Shown: piece by piece, positions 42,193 to 55,094 of the stretch | How the letters are laid out: every line of letters begins with the position of its first letter | How positions within the stretch are numbered: position 1 is the first letter of the stretch | Origin: Eledone cirrhosa | Lineage: Eukaryota | Assembly: GCA_964016885.1 (NCBI GenBank) | Contig: OZ024743.1 | Coordinates: 110,236,001 to 110,300,000 of the forward strand | Direction of reading: 5' to 3' | Length of the DNA: 64,000 nucleotides | The notes under the pieces: model-generated | Database searches by the model: none | What the model was told of the DNA's origin: nothing | Seen by the model: only the letters and a program-made list of their open reading frames with translations | Program-made: the position numbers and the translations under genes

Positions 42193-43010
42193 TTCTTCTT
42201 TTTCTTCTTCTTCTTCTTCTTCTTCTTCTTCTTCTTCTTCTTCTTCTTCTTCTTCTTCTTCCTGAGGGTGTTGTTGGGACAGACGTCTGAAACACTCTTT
42301 CCGGCGGCTCCTGTCAGAGGCAACCGTCTCCAACTACTCTATTTGGATCCCCAAGCGAGACCAGCCAAGCTCATGGTTTTTATCCTAACATCTCGCTCGG
42401 GCTACATTACTGGTTTCCTCGCCAGTTACTTGTAAAATATGTCCAGGTATTCTTTCCTGAGATATTGTAACCACATGCTCATATTATCGGAACTGTGATT
42501 TCTGTGGATCCAACTTCAGTGATTCTCTGATCTTTGAGCTACGTACTCTATCGTGTAACATTACCCCCAATGATCATGAGGAGGAGCCTTTTTTCGGCAA
42601 GATGTGTTTGCGATCGTATTACCCCAGCTACATGACCATTGTAGGAGTTTGTACGAATATCGAATTGAAGCTAGAGAGTGTAGTATTTATATCTACCCCC
42701 GCCCCTTCTACTTTAAGAGCGTCTCAGTTTTCGTAACACTGATTTTCCTTCCAGAAACGCAGCACTCGGTTTCGGATATATCAAGTGCAAGACATAATAT
42801 TAAGTTAAGTAATACCATGTCGTCTGCAAATTCCAGTCTACTGATTTCACAACTGCCTGTCGTTTTACTACTTAAAACCCGGCTGTGCATGTCAATCATG
42901 TTCATTTAAACGCACACTTGCCGGGTTTCGACTCTAGATTTGAATGGTAAATCCCCATTTACCCGGAAACAGATTCCCGGGCATTTGTATAGATCGTTTC
43001 AACCAAGCGT
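42193..43010 (-). mobile_element. RTE-clade LINE remnant with (GAA)n tail
   Basis: EISRLEFADDMVLL, KISVTKTE, DRVRSS.IR; related to 62160-62900. Confidence 0.75.
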
Positions 43011-43047
43011 TGTAAGATTACATGCAAGCAAAAATGGCCTACAAATA

Positions 43048-43380
43048 TTGATGTGGAACTAAATCCTCCTTCTTTCACTTGCAGTACAAGATGGGGGCTT
43101 GATACAGAAATACTGAAAAAAGAACCTTGCTCAGGCAACTAGCCCATGAAACACCAATTGTTTTCCTATAAAAGCACTGCCATATTGGGCACAATCATTT
43201 TCTTTAGAAAAAAATATTGTTTCTACTTTCGACACAAGGCCAGCAATTAGCCAGTACATTACTGGTACTTTATTTTATCGACCCCGTAAGGATGAAAGGC
43301 AAAGTTAACCTCGGCGGGATTTGAACTCAGATCGTAAAGGGACGTAACTATGCTGGAAAGCATGTCCGACCCTCTGCCAA
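43048..43380 (-). mobile_element. SINE with ~170-bp 3' extension
   Basis: SINE at 43216-43380; 43048-43215 matches 53224-53390. Confidence 0.85.
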
Positions 43381-43689
43381 TTCTTTGAAGAAAAATTGTC
43401 TTTGATCTTATTGTTCAGTCACGACAGATACTATATAAATCCAGTAATCATTTAGAGTTCAAAAACATGACAACATCACCATCAACACCCATAATAATAA
43501 CAACAATATTAATAATAAATATGATAATGATATATGTCCCTAACATGATGATAAGATAATAATAGTAATATGTTTATATTTGATATCTTTATTTCTACTA
43601 CTTTCATTTCATTTCCTTTATAATATTTTACCTCGAACTTCAGCCCATTACGTCTAATGTAGCAATCATCGTCCTATTTATTATAATAA

Positions 43690-43783
43690 TTGTTTCTCCT
43701 TTTGGCACAAGGCCAGCAATTACCCAGTGTATTACTGGTACTTTATTTTATCGACCCCATAAGGATGAAAGCCAAAGTTAACC
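43690..43783 (-). mobile_element. 5'-truncated SINE
   Basis: Nin-type core on the minus strand. Confidence 0.8.
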
Positions 43784-44002
43784 TATTTATTATAATAATA
43801 TGTATAATAAGAGTTATCATCTACCATTTCCTTTCGTGTTGATTTGTGTTGCTTTGAATCTCCCTAACTTTACTTTTCATTTTCTGTGATGTGTGGCAAG
43901 TTTATGAATTGTAAATTGTTTGAAATGTAGATGTTAGGGTGTCGGGTATTGTTGTGTTTGATTTTATTGTATTCTGCTTGTTTACTCTTGTTTTTACACA
44001 AT

Positions 44003-44116
<114 letters not shown>

Positions 44117-44126
44117 TGTGTGGGTA

Positions 44127-44160
<34 letters not shown>

Positions 44161-45401
44161 GTGCACAATACAATAATTGTTTTTGAGTGTACCGTTTGGT
44201 TGGTATTATTGAATATGTAACTGACTTCCATACTACGTGAGCTGCTTCTCCGCTTACTATGGTAGAATGTTTTGATTAAAAAGAAATGCAAGAGTCTATA
44301 ACAGTGTAAAATTGGTCTATCCTGCTGTTGAGAGTTTACATCTGGAGGATTGTATTTATTTAATTATCACTTTTAAGTTTGGAGAACTACATTTTAGATT
44401 GTTGGGTCAGCCCAAATTTGTATTGAGTCAGCTACATTAATTGTTATGTTGTTAAGATCTTCCTGCGTTGTATGTATCATGCTTTCGAAGAGATTATTCT
44501 TTTTTTGTAATTATTTCTACATTTGTGCAGCTGAAATCAGACAGTCATGCTGTTTTGGGGCGAATGTATTTAAATTATATTCGGCGTTTATTTTCCTTCA
44601 TTTCCACTCATTCCAGCTCTTTGTATTATTGGCCTTAAGATAGACATTTTGGAATTTCGTTTCGATTTTTGTTCAATATATTCTATCCTGACATCCTTAC
44701 GCTTATCGTTCTTTTGTAGCAATTAACATACAGTTTTGTAATTTTTTTAAATTTTACTTTTTTCTTAGTATTTTTCTGTACCATTCTTGTTTCTTTCAGT
44801 CAAGTTTCTATCCGTAACGCACCCAAATACAGCGTTTATGTGATAGATGTAATCTAAGATTAATCACATTTTGTCTGCTATCCGAATACCCTTTCTAGTG
44901 CCATGCACTTATTTTTAAGCGTGAAAATTCATGCATATCGTAATTATATCACCATGTTTATGATTCAGTACTTTTATATTTTTTTACGGAAATAACCTTT
45001 TCAAATGCGCTACGTTAATGTCGCGTTTCTTGATATTATATTAAACCCATTCTTATTTACAATTCACTTGTTAGATTTCCTAAATTAAGTATTATCCTGG
45101 GAAGCGACTTTGATATGAATCTTATTGGTGAAGTAATGGCTATAGGGATGTTGTGGTCTTTATATCAAAATGAATATTGGCTAGTAGCTAATGAAGCTAA
45201 GAGAGGTAAATTGCTTACTTAAATATCTAATTAGATTGGTATAGGGTTGCAATGATAACCGATGCCATGAGAAGGCACAGACGCTTGAACATGTTACAGA
45301 TGACCAGCGAATATCTGCAAAGACTTTAATCATATTCATAGTATTCTTAATTACATTATATCAGGTTTAAATATATAGTCTGTGTTGTCTTTATTATTAG
45401 A

Positions 45402-45492
45402 AGTTAACTTTGCCTTTCATCCTTACGGGGTCGATAAAATAAAGTACCAGTAATGTACTGGTGAATTGCTGGCCTGAAGTAGAAACAATTAT
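45402..45492 (+). mobile_element. 5'-truncated SINE
   Basis: gttaactttgcctttcatccttacggggtcgataaaataaagtaccag. Confidence 0.85.
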
Positions 45493-47160
45493 TCGATTAA
45501 GCATAATGTTAGATTGGAGTTTATTATTAGTAATGCTAATGGTGTTTTAGTCACTGATGTTGTTGCTGTGTTGGGAGAAACCAGCAGAATATGATAAATG
45601 ATGTGTGGTATAATAGTGGCAATTGCATACAGAGGGTGTTTTGCGGATACTGTAGTTTCATTTTTACTAAATTATGTGTATATCCTTTGTGTTTTGTTTA
45701 ATATTTGAGTATTTATAGATGCACAGGAAGGTTTCACATACACAAGGACTAACATACACACATAAACACACACGCACATAGACACAAACATACATACAAA
45801 CACACTCACACACACCACGCAAAGAGTAGATTTAAAGACAAGTAATATGCATCTAATTTCTTTGTCTGCCATCATACGATCTTTGTGACAGAGGTAATAT
45901 TTACTCCGACGAAATGTGTAGATGAATTACTTCTTTCGTTTTGATTTAATTTCACTTCAATCTGTTTTAGTATTATATAAAGCATATTAAAAAGATTAGC
46001 ATGGCGTAAGTGTTGTTAACTTTTAAATTTAAGAGAAAACCAGGACAAAGGAAATAATGCCTAAATTGAAATATGAAAAGTCATGTTTAAGCATTTCAAT
46101 CAGAAAAAAAGTAATACTTATGAAATCGTAATTCTTAACGTCTTATTAAGCAATATATTATTGTTTATCACACTAGCATAATGAATTATTTCACAAAGAT
46201 CATTGTATACTTTTTTTCAGTAAGAGTTAGTTTCATGTCTATATACATCTCACACAGTGCATAAATAATTACTTCACCAAGCAAGCCGCTCGAATAAAAC
46301 CGCATACTGCTTAAGTAACATTTCGCAAGATTGAAAATAGCACCAACTTTCATATTTAAAAATTGGAGCAGATATATACTACAATTTGATTTAATATATA
46401 TACATATAATATATATATATTGATTATGTTACTCGAGAAAAGAGCTGGTTGAACATTAAGCTTGGAGAATAAGTAGTACAAATTTAAACGATATACTAAA
46501 ATATTTCGTATACGCTGTTGAGAAACAAATATGCTATGTGCATATATATAGAACGAGAAATAATAAAGGCATTCAACTAAAAATTAATCAAGCCAAAGTT
46601 GCTTAAATTTCGCTTATACGGGCGTTCATGCATTTTCCAAAAGTATGAATGGATATATGTATGCTCTCTGGCAATTAAACAATTATCCGGTTATAATGAT
46701 GATTTTGATATTGTTGATTATACTGGTCCTGCTTTTTCTCCCAGACATTGAATGCATGATTTGCGGAATGTTCGCCACATTGAAGTCGTTGGTTTCACAT
46801 ACATTTTCCTGGGTATTCATCGTACCTTGGGATATATGAGTCAATGCATTCTAGATCGGAGAGTATAATCTTGATGTAAACATCAAAATGTCCAATCTCA
46901 ATGTGTAGATAAACTCATTTAATGTATTTTTTTTTACTAAGACATTTTACCTTATCTAATTTTTCGAAATATCAATCCATTTCCGTGCAATATGGTGTTG
47001 TGGATTTTATACAATAAACTATTTAAGAAAATGTTCGGAACATGTTTGTATAATGGAACCCGTTACACTTTTACTAGTTCTAATATTTCTTATCTGGATA
47101 TTTGAGTTGATTAAACCATTTCAATTGCAGGTTTGCTAGTTTATTTGGGATATATGTGGG

Positions 47161-47194
<34 letters not shown>

Positions 47195-47247
47195 AAATTA
47201 TAAACGTAAACATGTAAGTATGTTTTTGAAACGGTGCGCGAGTTTGA

Positions 47248-47423
47248 AATTAGAAATTGGAAATTATAAGCTTTCACCGTATTTTAGACTAAAGACATGA
47301 GTGTTGCCGTACATGTACGGCAACACTCATCTTTTTCCATTTCTCCGAGGTTTATAAACCCCACTATCAGGCTAGAAATTTATTTAGTCTAAAATACGGT
47401 GAAAGCTTATAATTTCTAATTTC

Positions 47424-47428
<5 letters not shown>
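47248..47428. repeat. inverted repeat (46-bp arms) enclosing a perfect 34-bp palindrome
   Basis: arms 47248-47293 and 47383-47428; atgagtgttgccgtaca|tgtacggcaacactcat at 47297-47330. Confidence 0.9.
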
Positions 47429-47464
<36 letters not shown>

Positions 47465-48120
47465 AACTTGAAAGCAGACAATAAAGAGACAGAATTTCCT
47501 TTCATTTTGAATTTTCCAAGTTGAAAATTGATCATGTTAGTGCAATATCTAAATCAATACACATTTTCGTGAATGGACTAAGTTCAATCATTTACCGTTA
47601 CACACACACACAGATACACATGGCTCCCCACCCCCACATATATATTTATCTATCTCTATTTATATATATAAATATATATATATGTGTGTGTGTATGTTTC
47701 AGTGTGTGTGTTTGTGTGCCTCTATGTGGATCTGAGTTTGAGTGTATGTGTTTGTCTGTCTGCAAAATTTGCCATATGAAATCTCTTTTCTAATTTAGGA
47801 GGATCACACCTTTAAATCCGTAATAGAAAAGCAAACATATGTTTCGGTTAGTCACATAGACGACATTACAAAGCATATTGCTGACTTAGATTGCAATATT
47901 CTAATTATCTATTCGGCGCAATTTTTAATACTAGTGATGGTTAAATTCGACTAAATACAATCCTGTGCATCAAATGTTATATTATTCAACAGTAAAGGTT
48001 GAAAGGTAACGATGATCTACGTTTCACATGAACTCAGAGATGTAAGAAATAACTCATATTATTTTGTTGTCAGACGCTCTACCGTTGCTGCCAAACCGAT
48101 TCCACAATATTAGTGATTAA

Positions 48121-48153
48121 CTCATCATCGTCATCTTCTTCTTCTTCTTCTTC

Positions 48154-48185
<32 letters not shown>

Positions 48186-48189
48186 CTTC

Positions 48190-48240
<51 letters not shown>

Positions 48241-48241
48241 C

Positions 48242-48272
<31 letters not shown>
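48121..48272. repeat. compound (TTC)n/(GAT)n microsatellite
   Basis: direct reading. Confidence 0.97.
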
Positions 48273-48273
<1 letters not shown>

Positions 48274-48579
48274 CAGGATTATCAGTCCCAATTGTCATTG
48301 TTTAGGTACCTTTTTACAGATCATGGCCAAACGGCACGCTGGAGTTAGTCACAGAATATCTTCACTAGTTAAGGTTTTCAACATGTCGGACCGGCTTCCA
48401 CATACCCCACCGGCCTTGTCACATTATATAATGTTTTTTTTTAAATTAATAATAATAAAGGCAAGCTCGTGATACCATTTTTATATAGGTTGCTGATTTA
48501 GTTTTATTGTGTTTATATTTAGCAAAAGGTGTTTGTGCTTTTCTAGCCGATTTCCGCTGCTTCTATTATTTTTTTCTGA

Positions 48580-48800
48580 ATTTGGCGCAAGGCCAGCAAT
48601 ATGAATTTAAAAAGAAAATCATGTATATCGACCTCAGTCCATCACCGGCATTTTTACTCTATCGACCCCAGTGTGTTACTAGAAATTTATTTTAACGAGC
48701 TCCAAGGAAGCGCTAACCTTGGTAGGATTTGAATCTAAGAACGTATAGGGATTTAAGTATATATCGCAAAGCATGTTGTTTGACGGCTTGCCGATACGAA
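48580..48800 (-). mobile_element. diverged SINE
   Basis: ttggcgcaaggccagcaat, tatcgacccc, aacct.gg..ggatttgaa. Confidence 0.6.
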
Positions 48801-49396
48801 ACGATCATCCTCAGAGCAGATCTAAATAATAATACTAAATGAAGATGATAATTTCAAATGTCAATTAGACAAAATCGCCGGTTTTTAATGTATATGTCTG
48901 TGCGCTTCACAGGATAATTGCAATGGAAATGTTCTGCTTTGCACGGCGTACTAGAGAAGACTACTAACTTTGTCACAATCTAATGAGCAGCAGAGTGAAC
49001 ATTTTCAGTGATCAAAAATCTTTAGATCACTTATTAAGTTTGCATAGAAAGAAAGGAAAAAGTAGTCAAAATGTAATTAACGAGCTGCCAACGAGAAAAT
49101 ACCTGCTGCTTAATCATGCGAGACGCAGCGCAAGTTCGGCTATAGCTCTAATTATGAGGGTAATAAAGGAATCAGTGAAGTCAGCCGTATTTAAGTGTAT
49201 CACTAAATTATATGAAAGAAAATAGAACGATGCTGGAGTCTGGCAAATAACGCGAATTTATAATAATCTCTGCTTTCTTCATTGAGATATAAGCTGTCCG
49301 ACAGAGTATATATTTAAGAAGGGTGGCCTTATAAACAAACCGACATATGCGCGCACTCACACACACTCAAGCGCATACACTCCCATCCACACATGA

Positions 49397-49465
<69 letters not shown>

Positions 49466-49577
49466 TATTTATTAAAATAACAGTTTAGAGTTTAAGTACA
49501 AAATCGCTACGGCTCTAAATATATATATACTGATCGAGCCCTCTTTGGATTTTAGTCTTCAACTTTATCATTATTAC

Positions 49578-49679
<102 letters not shown>

Positions 49680-49754
49680 TATATAAATACATATAAATAT
49701 ATATATTAGTGTGTGTGTGTGTGTGTGTGTTATTTTTATATATATATATGTGTG

Positions 49755-49785
<31 letters not shown>

Positions 49786-49822
49786 AGAGAGGGAGAGAGA
49801 GATAGACACACACACACACACA

Positions 49823-49857
<35 letters not shown>

Positions 49858-50069
49858 CGTTTCTGAATTTGTTTAGCAAGATTCTTTATCTAAAATCGTG
49901 TGTTGAAACCGATATTGTTATACATTGGGAGGGTCATGTTGCCAATAAGAAACACACGCACCAGTGCTTTCACTTCAATATAATTTATTATGTATTTATA
50001 AGTTTACAAATTTATAAATTTCTGGTTCGTTGGTTGGTTCCACAACCAGATAGTTGTTTATATATATAT

Positions 50070-50114
50070 AGTCATAGTTCTTTCGTCACACACTCTGTGA
50101 CCTCTTCAGTGACT
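50070..50114 (-). ncRNA. type I minimal hammerhead ribozyme
   Basis: mirror copy of 51287-51331. Confidence 0.8.
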
Positions 50115-51286
50115 GGGGACTTCTTTCTTCGTTTCTGTGCCTTTCCTTTCTTCTATCCTACGCCATTTTGTTTGTTTGTAGGTTGCGTGCTCAGTTTGCG
50201 CATGCGCCACATCCGGGTGTCTGTGTGTGTTTGTGTTAATTTTTCTATTTTTCTATTTATATTTTTCTAATTGTTTATTTATTTATTTATTTATTGTTGG
50301 TTGGTTGTTTGTTCTATGTGTGTGTGTGTTTTCATTTTGTGTGTGTTTTCAATTGTAAGTTGTTTGTTCTATGTGTGTGTGTGTTTTCATTTTGTCCTTA
50401 ATTGTAAGTTGTGATGTTGCTGTTCCACTCATATTTTCTATTTAATTTTGGTTTTAATTCTTTTATGCTTACTGCCTCTGTAATTTGCCTAAACATTGCG
50501 TCTTTCTTGTGTGTGGATTCTATTTTTTCTTTCTATGCTCTCTAATTTACCCCTGTGTTCTATCTTAGCATGTTGGTAGAGCACAGATGATTCTTTATTA
50601 TCTTGGAGGTCTCGCCAGTGTTCATTTATTCGTTCCCCTATACTACGAGCTGTCTCACCTATGTACACTATATTTTTGTTTCTACATTTGTTTCTACATT
50701 TTGTTTCTACAAAAATATAGTGTACATAGGTGAGACAGCTCGTAGTATAGGGGAACGAATAAATGAACACTGGCGAGACCTCCAAGATAATAAAGAATCA
50801 TCTGTGCTCTACCAACATGCTAAGATAGAACACAGGGGTAAATTAGAGAGCATAGAAATAAAAATAGAATCCACACACAAGAAAGACGCAATGTTTAGGC
50901 AAATTACATAGGCAGTAAGCATAAAAGAATTAAAACCAAAATTAAATAGAAAATATGAGTGGAACAGCAACATCACAACTTACAATTAAGGACAAAATGA
51001 AAACACACACACACATAGAACAAACAACTTACAATTGAAAACACACACAAAATGAAAACACACACAAGACAAAATGAAAACACACACATAGAACAAAGAA
51101 CCAACCAACAATAAATAAATAAATAAACAAATAGAAAAATATAAATAGTAAAATCGAAAAATGAACACAAACACACACAGACACCCGGATGTGGCGCATG
51201 CGCAAACTGAGCACGCAACCCACACACAAACAAAATGGCGTAGGATAGAAGAAAGGAAAGGCACAGAAACGAAGAAAGAAATCCCC

Positions 51287-51331
51287 AGTCACTGAAGAGG
51301 TCACAGAGTGTGTGACGAAAGAACTATGACT
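51287..51331 (+). ncRNA. type I minimal hammerhead ribozyme
   Basis: agtca-CTGAAGA-g gtcac agagtgt gtgac-GAAA-g aa c-TA-tgact. Confidence 0.8.
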
Positions 51332-51466
51332 ATATATATATAAACAACTATCTGGTTGTGGAACCAACCAACCAACCAGAAATTTATAAATATATAATAA
51401 ATTAAATTGAAGTGAAAGCAACTGGTGCGTGTGTTTCTTATTGGCAACATGACCCTGCCAAAGTAT

Positions 51467-51505
<39 letters not shown>

Positions 51506-51929
51506 TGTGTGTGTCTGTATGTGAATGTATGTACACATATAAATGCATATGCGAAATATTTAAATTGAAGGGAACAAAGTTTGTAACATAAAATCCATCT
51601 GAAATAGATACAAACGTTTCTAAACAGTTGAAGAGCTTCAACGTATATGCAAACAACAATTCTAAACCACAACACCACCACATCCACACTACACACAAAA
51701 ATGAGCCACATTCTACATGCCAAACTGTCTACCAACAACCAGCACCACCACACCACCACCCAGGACCGGCATCACCAACTTATCACCCCCCCCTCATCAC
51801 ACACACACAAACACATAGACAACATGTACAAACATCCCTATGAATTGAAACAAACCACACTGACCACCATTGGAACATCAGTCTATATCATACGGCATGT
51901 ATATTCCTTTTTCCATTACCATTGCAAGG

Positions 51930-52015
51930 GGTTTGACGAGCCGAGGATTACAGAGTCGGGTCAGATCGAATACAAATCGAACCTTGAGCTGATCAGTGGT
52001 GAAATGCGCGTCACC
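51930..52015 (+). ncRNA. degenerate hammerhead (C3U)
   Basis: ggt-TTGACGA-gcc...ggt-GAAA-tgcgcg-TC-acc, then AATAAA and (TA)n. Confidence 0.55.
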
Positions 52016-52130
52016 AATGAATAAACGTAATAAATGAGTAACCAATCGTATTTGTTATTTTTCTAAAATATATATTTATATGCATATATATATATACATT
52101 TTTATATATATACATATACACACACACACA

Positions 52131-52202
<72 letters not shown>

Positions 52203-52222
52203 TATATATATATATATATATT

Positions 52223-52284
<62 letters not shown>

Positions 52285-52434
52285 TAAGTTATTCCGGGTT
52301 GAATCGGAGGTAACCACAGTAAGTAAGATACTCAATACGTAGCAGAGTATAAAAGAATGAAACAGTTCTAGTCCTGTAGATTCTCATCTATATATACATA
52401 TATATATGTGTGTGTGTGCATATATATATATATA

Positions 52435-52523
<89 letters not shown>

Positions 52524-52527
<4 letters not shown>

Positions 52528-53223
52528 GGAAAAAATGAAACGAAATTTCATTTCCCACTCTTAGTAAGACTGTTACTTAAATATAAGTATGTACACGTAC
52601 ATACATATATGTATACAGACGTATCGTAGTATGTATATATACATATACATACATGCACACATATATATATATATGTACGTATGGATTCGCCGAACATTTA
52701 TTATAATGCTCGGTGTGTTTGTAAACAAACATCCCGTATTAAGCCGTGGTGTCCAGCAACCATCGTTGTTCGTTTGTTCAACACTGACAAAGGAACGCTG
52801 TACTAGTTTCAAGCTTATTAGCTATCGTCAGCAAGGTATACCTTTCTGACAGATTGTTGAACGTATATACTTACCTTATGCATATTAACAGCTGAGTAGC
52901 CCAATTTGCATATCGAGTGCGTTAATCGGCCGGGTGCACCGAAAACGAAAAACGGAAAAAATGAAACGAAATTTCATTTCTCACTCTTAGTACGGCTGTT
53001 ACTTAAATATAAGTTTGTACACGTACATATATATATGTATACAGACGTACAGTAGTTTGTATATATACATATACATACATGCACACACACATATATATAT
53101 ATGTACGTATGGATTCACCGAACATTTATTATAATGCTCGGTGTGTTTGTAAACAAACATCCCGTATTAAGCAGTAGTGTCTAGCAACCATCGTTGCTCG
53201 TTTGTTCAACACTGACAAAGAAC
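52524..53223 (-). repeat. 426-bp tandem unit (1.65 copies) containing an HHR; retrozyme-like
   Basis: 52524-52796 repeated at 52950-53223. Confidence 0.9.
52796..52836 (-). ncRNA. type I minimal hammerhead ribozyme
   Basis: minus: ccttg-CTGACGA-t agc taataa gct t-GAAA-ctag-TA-cagcg. Confidence 0.7.
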
Positions 53224-53565
53224 TTGATGTGGAACTAAGTCCTCCTTCTTGCACTTGCAGTACAAGATGGGGGCTTGATACGGAAATACTGAAAAAAGAA
53301 CCTTGCTCGGGCAACTAGCCCATGAAACACCAATTGTTTTCCTATAAAAGCACTGCCATATTGGGCACAATAATTTCTTTAGAAAAAATATTGTTTCTAC
53401 TTTCGACACAAGGCCAGCAATTAACCAGTACATTACTGGTACTTTATTTTATCGACCTCGTAAGGATGAAAGGCAAAGTTAACCTCGGCGGGATTTGAAC
53501 TCAGATCGTAAAGGGACGTAACTATGGTGGAAAGCATAGCGTCCGACCCTCTACCGATACTGCCA
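53224..53565 (-). mobile_element. SINE with ~170-bp 3' extension
   Basis: SINE at 53390-53565 plus the extension shared with 43048-43215. Confidence 0.85.
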
Positions 53566-54088
53566 TAATAATATTTTGTAACTATGCATTATAGAGCTGA
53601 CAACATGTAGTCAAGTACACATGCAGACGAAAACATGTATATATAAAGATTACCAATTTCTGGTTAAGACAAGTAAGGCAGTTATTCCCTGTACTCTATA
53701 CGCAACAAAAGTATTTTGTAAATAATAGAAGAAAGATTTTTTCATTTCGTTATGTTTATACTATTTCGATATCAAATGAGATAATTGATATCTTAAACGG
53801 CATACTATTATATATGCTGAAACATCATATATATATACAAATTCAGCTCCGTCTCTCACTCTCTACATATATATATAGCAACAAAAGAATTTAGAAGAAT
53901 AACATGGAAGAATAACATAACATGGAAGAATAACATAATTTAGAAGAATAACATGTTCATTTACAGTAGTAACATTTGATTCATTAGTCAGATATTTCTA
54001 AATGTCGCTGATCGTTAGAAGCTACGTCACTCGACCGTAATTACAATTGACACCCGACCATGCCGTCAGAATATTGATGACTTGTTAT

Positions 54089-54127
<39 letters not shown>

Positions 54128-54130
<3 letters not shown>

Positions 54131-54238
54131 AACGAGTAGGACCCCGACGGCTGAGCTCAAGCCGTTTCGACGGCTAAAATGTCCAGAATTAGCCGTCGAA
54201 ACCGGTTGAGCTCAGCCGTCGGGGTCCTACTCGTTTCT
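54128..54238. repeat. GC-rich fold-back hairpin (arms ~48 bp)
   Basis: aacgagtaggaccccgacggctgagctcaa.ccgtttcgacggctaa / ttagccgtcgaaaccggttgagctcagccgtcggggtcctactcgtt. Confidence 0.92.
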
Positions 54239-54327
54239 ATTACCCACTCTACTACCCTAAGTATTGAGTACTTTGGTGCGTTATAGTCCATCTGGTTCCT
54301 TACCACATTTCCTTCGTTATATATATG

Positions 54328-54379
<52 letters not shown>

Positions 54380-55056
54380 TGTATTTGTGTGCGTGTGTGT
54401 GTGTCTATGTACGTGTGTTGTGTTTGTATTTGTGTGGATTGTGTGTGTATGTATATATACTATATCATATTTATAGGGGTCACGATTTATGTAGACAGAG
54501 GGATTGCAGTCGATGTTACACGAAATGAAGCTGCAACTCATACATTGAGAAGGCGTTTTATTTGCATGAATCACCTTATTTAATTTTTTTTTTCTAATTA
54601 ACACGTATCTGGTATTACGAGAAAATATGTTGTTCTCTATTTTGACGAGAATCTTTTTCATTCTTTTTGGGAATTAGTTGAAGTGCATATATCATGCTTC
54701 TACTTAATATTTCTTAAATCATTTGGGCGGTAACGTTTTTTTTAAGAAACCACATACAATTATTTTATACCTCCCTTCGTATTGAATTTCTTTGTTTATG
54801 AATATTTTTTTCAACTACCTTTTTATAAAGATATTTCAAATAAACAAACAACTATTCGAATACAGGATGATGCTTCAAATATGTTTCTCCAGCTAAATAT
54901 CAATATAAACATTCCTAAGGCACCTCTTGAAATTTTCTAAAAAGATGAATGTTGGACAATCGAGGAATGTATGTATTTTGTTTTATAAACTTTATATAAA
55001 AACAATAGTAGAACAACGACATGAAATATCTCACATGCACATACTGAATGGTGTGT

Positions 55057-55094
<38 letters not shown>

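Larger units (their letters stand above)
49912..51472. mobile_element. 1.56-kb palindrome of a PLE 3' end (GIY-YIG C-half, 3' region and HHR in each arm)
   Basis: arms 49912-50679 and 50709-51472; NIVYIGETARSIGERINEH..SVLYQH..FRQITEAVSI..P.LN; 29-nt spacer. Confidence 0.95.

Noticed and set aside
44300-44700. Possible retroelement coding remnants (also 19740-20050 and 56080-56260)
   Set aside because: Too degenerate to assign motifs with confidence
48079-48472. Poly-S/D/E ORFs
   Set aside because: Compound trinucleotide microsatellite
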